Shown: positions 37,266 to 50,396 of the stretch, one piece after another
Position numbering within the stretch: the stretch's first letter is position 1
How the letters are laid out: the number at the start of each line of letters is the position of its first letter
NCBI GenBank assembly: GCA_050613775.1
Contig: JBODTK010000012.1
Location: 186,001-250,000 of the forward strand
Direction of reading: 5' to 3'
DNA length: 64,000 nt
Source of the DNA: Neocallimastix sp. 'constans'
Lineage: Eukaryota
Position numbers and translations under genes: made by a program
Notes under the pieces: generated by a model
What the model saw: only the letters and a program-made list of their open reading frames with translations
Databases searched by the model: none
Told to the model about the DNA's origin: nothing

Positions 37266-39294
37266 TGTAACGGTTTACACCCAATAGGTCTACACTAATA
37301 AGTAATTCGTTTTCTTAAAAAATTTGTTTTATTAATATTTTTTATTAAAATATAAAATTTATTATTATTCTTTATTATTAATTAGTTATTGTAATATTTC
37401 GAATTACTTTTAACTAGTTAATAAAAGCACAAAGAAAAATTATTTTTTATTGAGAAATTCACGCTTATTTATACTTTTTCGGAAAAATAGTTTCGGAAAA
37501 AGTTAAGATTAACGAAAGTTCGAAAAATTAAGTTTTCTTTCTAGAAAATGAATCTTATAGAAAAATGATAAAATAATTATTAAAATAGAACTTTCTAGTT
37601 TCATTTAGTTATATAATATTAACCAAAGAAACTCTAGAACTTTCTACAATAATTTAATTAATTAACTAAAAATAATTTAGATTGGGAAAGGGTGTGAGTC
37701 AAACCTAAGAAGTTCAGCTTCATTGTCATGGTGTATTACCACCAGACTACAACAACAATTTTACTAACTTTAGGATTCGTTACATTGTAAAATAAAATAA
37801 TAGCTTAGGTCGGCGAGGACAGACTATAATTTATTTTACACTATTTTATTATATCAACACTAATATTAATTATTAACTAAAACACTAAAACTAAAAAACT
37901 AATTTAATTTTTTGTTTTATAAAAAAAATCCTTTTATTAATATTTCTTATTTGTTGAATTTAACTATTCTAAAATCAACAATCACTTAACTGGGTACCGT
38001 AGGGTCCTTTACCGGAAAGCCTACTAGCAGTTAAGATTTTAAAATAAAATTTAAAATAAAATTTGCTTTATAAAAGATAACTATTCTAATAATAGTTATA
38101 ATACTAATTAATAAAATATAAAATTTGTACTATCTATCTTATCTATAATATTTCCTATACTATTCTATTTTCTAACTAAATTATACTATTTTCTATACTA
38201 TTTTCCAACTATCGTTCAATAGTTGAAAATTAACTCTTTTTATACTTTTTGAAAATTAAAATTTAAATTGAATAGATTGTAATAAACTAACTAAAATATT
38301 ATTATATATTTGTAATTACATTTAATAATAAATTACATGAATTTTTATGAGTTATTTTAATATAAAAACTATTTAAAACTATCTAATATTTCTAAAAATA
38401 AATAAACAAAACGGCAAGTTTTTGTAAACAAACGGATTCGTGTAAAGAATTATAATTATTTTTCAAAATAATTATTATTCTTTATTAAAAAATTAATATT
38501 TAAAGTTTATTATTTTATAAAATTTTATGAATAATTTTATTAATTATGTCACATAGTAATTATTAATTAATGTTATTGTTTTAAAATTTATTTACATTAA
38601 ATTAAATTATCAATAATTAATATATTAAATTATAATAATGTATTATTGTATTAAAATAATGATAAATTCTATTTAATTAAGAAAAATTAAATTGTATTAA
38701 AATGATAATTCTATTTAATCAAGAAATAATTAAATTATATTATTTCTTGGACTTTTAATTAAGATAATTAAAAGAATTAATTATTTAATTTTACTTGTGA
38801 TTAAATATTAATAAAATTAATATATAATTAGTTAATAAGTTTTCTCCCTTATTCGGGTTTTCTTATTAACTAAAGATTGATGTAATTAAACACCAATCGA
38901 GATCTATCTAGTTTTTTCTTCTAATCTTTTTCTAGATAGAGATAATTTTCCAAGATTAGAAATCAAATTAATATAAATAGGACTCTTGATTCTTCTAAAA
39001 ATAATCAAGAGTTATTATTATAAGAAATTATAATAATTAACACAAATATTTAAAATTACTTTTAAATAAAAAATTTTTATAATAAAATAATTTCTAAAAT
39101 TCTCTTAACCTACTTTTAGTGTTGTTTATTATAATCTTATAATAAACTCTAAGTTTTTAAATTTTCGTTTTCAATTTTTATATTATATTTTTTAATTTTA
39201 TCTCAATTAATAATATTTTTTATTATTAATTGTAGAAAGAATTAATTATTAATATAATTAAATATTTTAAATTAATTCTTTACAATTCGTTACA
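37266..39294. mobile_element. Two abutting LTRs (37266-37784 and 37786-39294) inside a single GTAAA TSD; the second is interrupted by solo LTR 38441-39284
   Basis: Both end GGATTCGTTACA. GTAAA at 37261-37265 and 39295-39299. Confidence 0.65.
38441..39284. mobile_element. Solo LTR, 844 bp, TSD ATTCG
   Basis: TGTAAAGAAT...ATTCTTTACA ends. ATTCG at 38436-38440 and 39285-39289. Confidence 0.85.
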
Positions 39295-40995
39295 GTAAAT
39301 CTATTTAAATAATTTATCTTTAATATATTAAAAGTAAATGTTATTCCCCCTTAAACTAACTTTTCTTTTTTACACCTAAAATTAATTCTAATTTTGGATG
39401 AATCTCTATCATCTCAATAATTATTATTTATGGTTTAATATACCATTTATATGATGGAAACCTTTATCTTGAAGGGTGATATTATACCATCTTTATTTGT
39501 GTGAATACCTCTTATATATTGGGTTTTACATCACTTTCAATTAGAATCCGCTTTGTAGATTAGAGCTAACTTTTATATTTATTTCGCTTTGTAATTTTAG
39601 CGATAACTTTTATATAATATTAAGTATTTTATGGTGAATAATCTTGTTAGTTTCAGGAAAGTTATAGTTTCTCTTTTTATATTTAGCATCGTTATTTTCA
39701 ATATTTTTAAATAATTAAAATCATATATTTAATTTCTTTTATTATTTTCTTTACTTTATATATTAACTTCATGTTATTTATTTAGAGTTTCATTAATTTG
39801 AGTCTCATTAAAATTTCTATTTTTCTTTAGCTCAATGTTTCTTTATCTCGATATTTTTGCTAATGTAAATTCGTATAATTGTAGTTCCTTTGACTTCGTA
39901 AGTATTGATTCGCTCGTTTTCATATTTAGTTTCACATGTTATTAGAAATTTCAAAACTCTTCACTTACTGTAAAGATATTATTAATATCTTTAAATAATT
40001 TTAATTAAATTTAATCATAAATTTAAGTAAAATTAAAATAAATTTATTTGAAATCACGTGTATAAAATTATTGAAAATATTTTTAACATAATTTCGATTT
40101 TTTCCCAATCATACTAATAAATTAAAAATTTCTCTTGTGAAACTAGTATTTGAAAATCATTTCTTTTTATGTAATTTAATTTAAATAATAAGAGTTAAGG
40201 TTTTTCACAAGATAAATTAACAACATGAAACTATGCAATTAGTCATGTTGAAACTTACGGCATTTTATGCTAAATTTATATTAAATAATTATGACAACTT
40301 TTATATTATTTTTAAATAGAAAATATATAATAAATTTACTAATAATATTTAAATAATAAATAAATAATAAATGAACTCAATTAGAATTGATTATATTTAT
40401 TTTAGTTATTAATTATAATTCTCTTTATTTAGTAATAGTTAATTATTTATTATTAGTTTAGGTTAGTATTGTTTTTAAATAAATAGCTAGATAATATAAT
40501 TCAATAGGAATTATATATTATAAATGTAATAAGATAAAAATATAAATAGTTATCAAATTTCATGTATTTTAATCGATGTAATTGTTATTAACGATTTCTT
40601 GTTAATAACACTTTAAAATAAATAAAGATTTTAATATTTAAAAAATTAATAAAACTTGTTCTTTAAAACTATTATTTTGTGTTTTAGTGTTATTATTGAA
40701 GTGTTGATTTATAATCTATTTTTTTACCAAAACTTTATACTTACTTCTTTATACTTCCTTACTACTTCCCCCTAAAATCCAAATATTTAATTTCAATTAA
40801 ATTTTGGATTTTCATAATCACATAGATTAAATGTAGAATTTAGATATTCTAAAAATCAAATACAAATTGAAATATTTATTGAAGGAATTTCATATTTAAT
40901 AACTCATAGGTTATATTATAATGTCTTAAATACGACAAATTTGCAATCATTTAATGTGAATGAATAGTCTTCGGTTATTACATCATTCTTTGTAT

Positions 40996-41219
40996 GTGGC
41001 AACACTTTGGTTTACTCTTAGGTTTTACGCCAATAAATTAATATAGATATAGACAACACATATGGATTACTCTTTGGTTTTAAGTCTATACTTTGTGACA
41101 ACTCTAAGGTTTACGTTATTATGTTTCACGTCACCTATAGTGACAACCCTAGGTTAACATTTAGTTTTACGTCTATTTGTGACAACTCTTAGGTTTACCT
41201 TTTCGGTTTTACGTCTATT
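40996..41219. repeat. Five degenerate tandem repeats of about 40 bp (GTGACAAC.CT.AGGTTTAC...GTTTTACGTC)
   Basis: Visible directly; one copy is separated by a short spacer. Confidence 0.7.
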
Positions 41220-41805
41220 ATTGTGCTTTTTACAGTTTAGCAATAACTGATGTTTTTAAGATTAACAATAACTTTATGATTGCATATATTATACAACAAA
41301 TTATTTATATATTACTTAAATATATTTAAAATTAGTATTGAAATCACACTTTTAAGTTACTTTATATTGGAGAAGTTTTAATTTTTCATAAATCACGCAT
41401 TTTAAAGATTGTATTGTTGTAATGTTGAGTATTCTTAAATGCTAGCAGAAATTTTAGACTTGTTTCATTATAAAAATAGCAAAAATATTTTCCCTTGTTA
41501 GTTGGAAATAATTTTCTATAAGATTTAAATAAATTCTGGTATATAATTGATATATAATTGGACTATGGATTAAGGTTTAAAGTTGAATAATGATATCATA
41601 ATTTAGGTTAACATAATGGTAACTCTTTATTATTTATATATGTTGGAAATTCTAAATATAATATGTAATGAATAATGTATAACTCAAAATATTGACAAGT
41701 TATAGTGCAAGTATTATTCCTAAGTTCAAGATTAAAATCCATAGACATGACTTAATCTTATAATTAATTTGGCTTCCACTTATAACTTCATGGTCTCCAT
41801 CCATA

Positions 41806-42291
41806 TCAGAATCGTTCCCTTCCAAGTTTAAAGCCTTTAACTTCTTGACAATATTTATCATAATTCTCAATGCTACAAAATGATTTATTTCCTCCTGAAT
41901 GTTTACCACTCATAGAAATTGCATGTGCCCATTCTCCAGGTTCAGCACAGACTCTTCCAGATTTAGTTTTTCCCCATGCAGTAACAGTATGAACTTTTGT
42001 ACTGTGGTAATAAAAAGCATGTACTTGTTCGTTAGTAAGTACTGTTAAAATTGTACCACCTTCACAACCGTCCGGTGTACCTATTGTATAGCCTATTGGC
42101 CTTAACTCTTCATTTATTGCATTTAGTAAATTTTCAAAATCAGCTGATGTAATGGACCCATTTACATCCAAATTAAAACCTCGACGATTCAAAGCATTAT
42201 TTTTTATATTATTTCTTTTGAGAATATTAGTAGCATTAATTCCGAAATACTATATAGTAATAAATATGATAATGAATTATAATTGTTTCAT
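41806..42291 (-). pseudogene. Secreted lactococcin-972-like (bacteriocin family) preproprotein with two stops in the signal peptide
   Basis: In-frame ATG at 42291 gives MKQL*FIIIFITI*YFGINA-TNILKR...NRR. C-terminal domain EGGT...VHAFYYHSTKVHTVTAWG...GEWAHA...GGNKSF fits the Lcn972-family pattern as I recall it. Confidence 0.65.
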
Positions 42292-43064
42292 TTTAATATT
42301 GATACTTAAAATAAATTGATAATATTATTCAAAGCATAAGTGAAATAATTAGTATATATATTAGTTGTATGAATTAGGGTTATTAACATTAGTAAGTGTT
42401 TAAATTAAATTGAATTGATCTTTTTATTTTCCGAATTAACTAAGTTCAAATTTGAGTTATAAGTTGCTTTATTTATTTTCATATTTTAAATCTGAATTGC
42501 TTATTCTATTTAAAATTAAAATTGTTTTATTTAAATTCAAATTATTTAATTTATTTAAATATTCTAAATTATTTGTTTATTCTTGATAACAATATTTTCA
42601 ATATCGTAGATTTTTAAATTTAAAATTGTGTTCCTCATTTTATAAATTTAAATTAATTTAAATTTAAATTTTTATGTTTATTTTTAAGAAAATTTAAATT
42701 TAAATGTTTATTTATTTATATTTAAAAATTTTTTTTTTGTTTATTTATTTTAAATTTAAATTTATCATTTTTAAATTTAATGTTTATTATTATCGGTATT
42801 TTAAATTTTAAATTTTAAATTCAAATTATTATCATAGAAAAATAATTATTTTTAGCTTCAAAATATCAATGTTTTCATTAGTGCAAGGGAAGTTTATTTT
42901 TTGCCAATCTCATCATTTCAATTTCAGTTTTTCAAAATTTCAAATATTGAATTTCGAGATCTTAAAAATAATTTTCATACATAATTTTAATCCTGATTGG
43001 TAGCTTAATTCGGTAGATCACAAAATAATGATAATATTATTTTGTTTTCATGATTAGAGTAATC

Positions 43065-43077
43065 GAGGCTCTTAATC
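43065..43077 (-). promoter_or_regulatory. Copia-2 PBS, tRNA-Lys(CUU) anticodon-arm type
   Basis: Plus-strand GAGGCTCTTAATC abuts the 5' LTR and shares CTCTTAATC with the Copia-1 PBS. Confidence 0.7.
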
Positions 43078-43534
43078 TGTTAGATGGTCAAATGTGATGT
43101 ATTTAATTATGTAAACTTTATTATATGAATATTGATGAAAATTAAATGTAAATTGATCAAATGAAATTACTTTATTAACTTCATTTTATTAAAAATAATA
43201 TAATATACATCTTAATATATCATAACAATAACATTACATGAATCATAAATGTATTATATAAATATTTATAATGTAACAAGCCACATTTTACATACATAAA
43301 TTTACTTAATAAATTTTACTATATATAAATTTGTATAACTATATAATTAATAATGAAATAGGAATAATATTAAACTTTATTTTCAACAAATATTATAATA
43401 TAAAAAGTACATTTATTTAATAATATGGTTTACATGTAATTTATATATATCAAATGTGGCTTTTATCCTTTAGACACTAACGTAATGTAATGTACATTAT
43501 TAATGTATACATAGAGTATTCACATATTCTAACA

Positions 43535-43880
43535 TTCTTTTAGTGGTTCCGCTTCTACCCACTTGGGTTAGGTAATTCACTAAAACTTTTTAAAAATCTA
43601 TTTCGTTTCTTTTTGTTCTTGGTAGAAGTCCCAAGTCTAATCCATTTCTCGAGAAAGGGTAACCTGATTTGATTGGTAGATTTTCTAAGGTTTCATTTTT
43701 GTTTCCTGCCTTTATACCTTTGACATCTTGGGTAACATGATGTACATTTGAATTTCTTTTTTTATTCATTCCCTTCCAATACGAATTAGGTTTCAACCCC
43801 ACCGAATGCAATCTATTGGTTGAAACCTTTCTTTTTGGTCATCAATTATCTTTCAAAGTTTACCATCTTGTTTATAATTT
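43535..43880 (-). pseudogene. 5' part of the Gypsy integrase interrupted by Copia-2
   Basis: YWKGM...PIKSGYPFSRNGLDL and WVEAEPL, joining the sequence at 17645. Confidence 0.7.
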
Positions 43881-44199
43881 TTTTTTTTTTTACAATACTA
43901 TGATTCCTTGATGAATTGTAACAAAAATCTTTTAACTGGTACAATTAGCACGAATTTCTTAAATTTGTAATTTAATGATTTAAAAAAAAAAAAAAAAAAT
44001 TGGAAAAAAATTTTTTTCTTGAATTTTCTTTTAGCGTTAATTATTTATAAATATATGTTGTTTTATATTTAGCTAATTTCGTTATTTAAAACTTGAAGTT
44101 GTTTCTAGTATACTCTTTATAGATAGTTTTTAAATTTTGAAATAATTTTAAATTCCTAGTTTTATTTAATCTTTAAATATATTTATATAAAAATGTATT

Positions 44200-47100
44200 A
44201 GAGTTAATTTGATTGAAATATGTTTTAATTTTGGATTTAATTCCCCATTTTCCATTGAAATTTTACTTGCATTATTATCAGTGAATAATGTTAGTGGTTT
44301 GTTAAATTTGAATAATTCATAAGATATTTTTAATTCTTAATAATTTCTTTATACATACTGATGCACTTATGTATTCAGCTTCTGCTGTTGATGTGGCGAC
44401 AACTGACTGTTTTTTCGAAGTCCAGGATATTGGATTATTTCCCATTAAGATAATATTACCTGACGTTGATTTTCTGTCAGTAACATCACCAGCGAAGTCT
44501 GAATCTGTGTAACCTACAATGTTACCAGTGCCATCATATTTAATTTTATAATTTTTAGTGTCTTTTAAATATTGTAATATAGCTATAACTTTGTGCCAGT
44601 CAGATACTGTTGGATTTTCTGAATTTCTAGCGGCTTTATTAACTGAAAATGCAATGTCGGGTCTGGTACATTTTGATAAATATATTAACATACCAATTGC
44701 ACTTTTATATTTGGTTTTGTCGAATGGTTGATTATTTTCAGATTTAGTATTGTCACCAACACATGGTGTTCTTCTTACTCTTTGGTTGTTAATATTAAAT
44801 TTTTTTATAATATTGTTTATAAATTGAGTTTGTGATAATGAATATGTTTTATTATTATTTTCGACTTTAATTCCTAATAAGTAGTCAATCGGTCCAGATT
44901 TTGAGATTTTAAATTTATTTTTAATTTTATTGAAAATTTTGTTAATTTCTTCCTTTTCGCCAGTAACAATCATATCATCTACATATAAGCCTATTATACA
45001 AACTAATTTTCTGTTAATAACTTTCTTAAAAACACAACTTTCGGATTTTAGTTGCTCCATTCCTTGTTCTATTAAAAATTTTGAAATAGTTTTATACCAC
45101 TGTCGGCCAGATTGTTTTAAACCGTACAGTGCTTTGTTTAGTTTCCAATATCCCCTCCCAAAGTTAGGATCTCCAGGGGGAATTTTAACGTAAATGTCCT
45201 TGTCTAAATTCGCGTTGAGATACGCAGCTTTGATATCTAATTGTAGAATATCCCATTTAAATTTAGCAGCGAGAGCGATAAGAAGCTTAAGACAATCAAT
45301 ATTTAAAGTAGGTGAGAAAGTCATTTCGTAATCAATACCATATTTTTGAATAAAGCCTTTAGCAACAAAGCGGGCTTTATGTTTAATTACATGTCCAAGG
45401 CCATCGGTTTTAATAGCGTAAACCCATTTGGAAGGAATAGGTTTCTTACCATCTGGAATAGTATTAACAAAAGTCATAATTTTATTGGTGTAAAGATTAT
45501 CAAGTTCATTATCCATAGCTTTTTCCCATAGAGCATGGTCTTTGCAATTTGTGGCTTGGAAAAATGATTGTGGCACAAAATATTCCAAGGAAGCAATAAT
45601 TTTAGAATTAAAGTTTGATCTACGAAATTTTTGCGATTGGGAAGGTGTTAAATCGTCTGAAAGTGACCTTTTATGAAAATTAAAATTAAAATGATTTTTA
45701 TCATGTAAAAAATTATTTTTCTTAATTTTATATTGATTATTTGAAAATAAATAATCGATATTTCCATTTTCAAAATTTTTATTATTTTTGAAATGAAAGT
45801 TACTCCTATGATGAGGTAAATTAATTCTATTGAAAGGATTAGTATTAAAAGAATTTTGGTTATCTATGTGTAATTCTTTAACACTTCTTCTGCCGTTAAA
45901 AGGGAACTTTTTGTCAATGTAAGAAGAGATAATATTATTTCTATTAAACATAGTGTTTCCTTGAGAAGAAGAAGGAAAATTATAATAATTTGAGTTTGAT
46001 AAATTTTTTGATTGCAATATATTGTTAGTAGTACTGGTAGATATATTATTTTTAATATTTGTTTCAGAAAAATTTTTATTAAAATTATCTATATATATAT
46101 TAGATTTATTAGAAGACATATTGGTTTGTTCATTGACTTTTTCTTGATTATTAAATTTCATATTAATTAAGGTTTCGTCATTAATATCAAAAAATTTTTC
46201 TTCATCAAAAATTTCATTATTATTTTGAGTTTTAGAAATTCTAACTTTATTATTATTTGAATTTCCAGAAAAATTTTTCTCATGATTAAAATTATTATTT
46301 GATAAGGTTTCATTTAAATTTTTGTCTTTGATTATTGAATTTTCTTCATTTTTGAAAAATTTTTATTATCAGAAAAATTTTCATCATTTGAATTTTTGAA
46401 ATTATCTTGATTTTTGACATTTTGGTCCTCTTCTTCTTGAATTTTTGTAGGAATGTCCTTACCGATATTATTAGAAATATTGGTATCATTTTGATCCTCA
46501 GTTGCTGGGCTTTTACCTTTGTCTTTTTTGGGTAAATGTTCGTTATTTGAATTTTTATGAATTTGTTCATTAAGTCCAGTAGGTAATTTCTTTGAAGAAG
46601 GTCCCAAATTTTTGTTATTTTTCTTGAAATTTCCGTTATATTTATTTTCAGAAGATTTGTCATTGTGATGGCTATGATCTAGATTGTCTTCCCCAGAAAA
46701 TTGTGGTGAATTTTTTTGAAAAATAGAAATCAAAGGCTAGAAAGTCTTGGTCCCCATATTGATTAATTTTATTATTTGCTAATTTAATATTAGCAGGAGT
46801 ATCCTCAAGACAGTATATTTCTCTACAGTAGTGGATTGAATAATCGTGAAAATCCATAATGATGTAACTGTTTGATTTTTCACTAAACCCAAGAAAAATT
46901 CCTTTCTTGGAATTAGGTGAAAATTTTGATTTGTTTTGACTTCTGTCAATATAAAAAGAGATGCATCCGAATACTTTGATATGATTAATTTTTACTTTAT
47001 TCATATAGAAGATTTCATCTGGAATTTTATTATGAATTCCAGAATGAGGAACTTTGTTGTATATATAATTGGCAAATAATATCGCGAAGTCCCAAAAATT

Positions 47101-48560
47101 TTCACTTAGTCCACTCCAATATAGCAAGGTTTTTGCGCAGGAAACAATAGTTAAGTTAAATCTTTCGCATAATCCGTTATTTTCTGGATTATACGGGGGA
47201 GAAAAAACCTTTTCTATTCCATTTTCATTGCAAAAGTAATCAATTTTCTTGTTTTTATATTCCTTTGCGTTATCAGATTTAAAAACTTTTATTTTATAAT
47301 CTTTGTATTTATTATTTAACATTCTTAAGGTATTAATGATAATGTCTGTAGCTTCTGATTTACTCTTCATAATAAAGACCCATGATTTTCTTGATACTTC
47401 ATCTAGGATAGTTAGTATAAACCTTTTTCCTGTGTATGATGTGTTAATTGGACCAATAATATCCGAGTGGATAACTTCTAATATTTCTTTGGCTCTGGGA
47501 GGAATTTTATTGTGTGGATTGCGTTTCATTTTCGCGATTCTGCAATCGTCACACTTATCTAAGTTAATTTCATGATGGTTTAGGAAGTTTTTCAAATCTT
47601 CTTGGTAGAAATGGCCAAGCCGTCGATGCCAAATTAGTTCTTCAGCATTACGAAAATTTTGAATTGCCATAATATTATTCTTAGAGTTTCTTTCGTTTTC
47701 AATATTGAAATGAGTAACTACAATTTTAACTTCATTGTTATTATTAGCTTGGAATGTGGCAATAATATTATAATTGTTATCTAAAATTCTGAGGATAATA
47801 TTATTGTGTTTATCCTTTTCTGTCAAGGTTTTAACATCTTGTTTTGCCCATTCTATTCCACTAATAATATTTTTAGCTACTTCTTTTGAATATAATACTT
47901 TGTTAAATTTAAAATGATAATTATTAATAGTAAATTCAAATTCACCATGGCCTTCAAAATAGCAATAAGTATTATTTGCACATCTTAACTTTATTTTTTC
48001 TTTTTTAAAATTTTTAAGCAGACTTAGATCATTAGTTATATGTTCACCAGCACCTGAATCATATAACCATTCTGATGTTTCTTTTTTATTGTAATTAATA
48101 TTAAAAATTTCATTTGTATTATTTGTATTTATTTCCTTTTTATTAATATTATTTATAAAAATTTCTTTAGCTAAATTTAATTTATTTTCTACTCGTGTTA
48201 TTATATTATTTTTAATTAAAACTTCATTTTTAACGTCTTCTTTATCATAATTTATGAAACAATTTGATTTTTCAGATTCTTGATATTCATCTGAATCATC
48301 ATCATCCACAAATTTTCCTTTGCTTTTAGGATTATAATATTTATAAAACATTGGGCGGATATCATCATACGATACATTTTCGTTGTGTTCGTTGTTTAAA
48401 TTAATGTATCTAACGGCTCTTCCATTTTGCCCATTATAATGTGGATGATTCTTTTGAGTCTGGTTATTTTCATTAAGTTCTAATCCATCACGGAACCTTT
48501 TAATTCCTTATTTAATAACTAATTGAAAAATTTGACCAATGGAATACCCATTTGTAATAT
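44200..48560 (-). mobile_element. Ty1/Copia element 3: pol (protease, integrase, RT, RNase H) with frameshifts; LTRs not identified
   Basis: WLYDSGAGEH, WHRRLGH, IHSDIIGP, SDNAKEY (46672-48351); KWVY, KARFVAKG, LDIKAAYLN, LYGLKQSG, LYVDDM, YTDSDFAG, STAEAEY (44317-46161). Confidence 0.92.
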
Positions 48561-48846
48561 TTATTATTTTGTTTTTATAATTTATAATTAATTTTAAAAT
48601 ATTATTAGCAATGATAGATGATAATTTCATGTGTTTATATCGGCAGTAGATTTTTATTTATTGTTATTTTACTAATAACTTTTCTGAAAATCTAATTTTG
48701 TTGATTTCGATTTTGATCAATTTTTATTAATTTTTAAAATTTTACAAAATCTATTTTTATTTTCTTTATTTATTACATATTAGATTTTAAGAGCCTTATT
48801 TACACTTTTTTTGTAACGATTTTAGTGATGTTGCTCACTAAGGTCG

Positions 48847-50096
48847 TTGTAGATGAAATAAATAAATATATTGAAAAAATAATAAAATTATATATTTTAT
48901 GGTTTTAATATTATATTTTATTTATTATTCACGTTAAACAATATTGACTCGAAGAGTCAAAATAAAATAATAATACATGATATTTATATTCAAAGACAAA
49001 AATTATTCTTTAAATAGTTTATAAAAATAGTTTTGAATTGTAAATATATAAACATTAGTATTAATAATATTTATATAATAAATAGATAATAAATGAGTTC
49101 TTATTAAATTTAGTTATTGTAAATAAATTGAAAGTTTATTGAATTAATTATGGTTTAGTTTTAGTTAATTATTATTTAATAAAATTATTAATAAATATTT
49201 TGTTTATAAATAAATAGTAATATATGTAAATTAGATAGGAATAATATATAATATAATCATGAAAAAAATAAATACATGTAAATTTTATTATTTAAATCGA
49301 TGTATTAGTTATTGACTATTATATTTAAATAAGTTTTAATTATAACTTGTTTATAAAACTTATTTTAAAAATAATTAAAATTAAAGTTTTAAAAATAAAT
49401 ATTAATTATTATAAGATTAAAGGGAATTTAAAACTATTTAATAATAAAATTTTAAAATATGTTTGTTTATAATGATTGTTTACAAGAGTTTATATAAAAA
49501 TTTTTTATTATTTACAAGTTTATTATTTTATATGTTTATTAAATATAAGGATATTAATTATTAATTAATTTTGGTTTTTAATTAAAATAGTTAATGATTG
49601 TTATTTTTATTTTAATTTATGTTTATTTAATTAATTTTTTTTTCTAAAATGGAATTTTGTTTTAGAAAGAATTAATTTTTAGGTTAAGTTAATAAGAATT
49701 GTAAAAGTTTTTGGGTTTTTTGAGAAAGGTTACGAGTTGAGTTGGGTAAAGATTCTCAAATTTGGGTTAAACTGGTCAGGTCAATATGTTTGTATTAATT
49801 ATAACAATTAATTAAAATTAAATAATTAACGATACAAAGTTTTATAATTAAGAATTCAATCTTTTAAGATTTATGTTTTATTAGAACTTTATTTAATATA
49901 TTTAAATAATAAATTTTACTAAGATTAATATTAATTTTTCTTCCAGTTATTTTTGGCAATTTCTTAAGGATTAAATTAAATTAAATTAATTATCTTTAAT
50001 AAATTAGTCCAAACCCTTTGGTTTCTAATTATTTAATATTTCTAATATTTATTTTTATAATTGAAATTGAATTTAAAATAATTTTTGTCAATAACA
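48847..50096. repeat. LTR-like repeat. Block 49015-49320 recurs inverted at about 55139-55453, and block 49960-50095 resembles 16105-16230.
   Basis: Direct sequence comparison; TG...CA ends; no TSD found. Confidence 0.55.
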
Positions 50097-50377
50097 ATCA
50101 CCACTTTTAGAATAATTTCTAAATTAAGGTAATTGTTACTTTTTATCAATGTTAAGGCTTGGAGAGAGAAAACAAAAATAAGTAATAGTATAAACAATAA
50201 AAATAAATAAATTAACCAACTAAAAAAAATTATATTTTTTATAAATATTTTATTTAAAAATTATTAGAAATTACAATATTTAAAAAAAATACAATAATAA
50301 TTATTTTTTTCTTAATTTTTTTACGCTTATTTATATTTTTTTTTACAATAATTGATATGGTAAAGCTATTTCTTTAC

Positions 50378-50396
50378 AGGGTTAGGGTTAGGGTTA
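50378..50396 (+). repeat. Short interstitial telomere-like tract (AGGGTT)3
   Basis: agggttagggttagggtta. Confidence 0.6.

Larger units (their letters stand above)
17646..43534 (-). mobile_element. Non-autonomous Copia-type element 2. 5' LTR 43078-43534; 3' LTR split as 17646-17692 plus 36932-37080; TSD TTCTT; carries a bacteriocin-like cargo.
   Basis: tgttagatggtcaaatg...cacatattctaaca occurs at both ends. TTCTT at 17641-17645 and 43535-43539. PBS at 43065-43077. PPT GAGGGGGAA (minus strand) at 37081-37089. No recognisable pol inside. Confidence 0.85.

Noticed and set aside
40996..41219. CRISPR-like repeat array
   Set aside because: Units are degenerate and mostly contiguous with no unique spacers; there are no cas genes and the context is eukaryotic.
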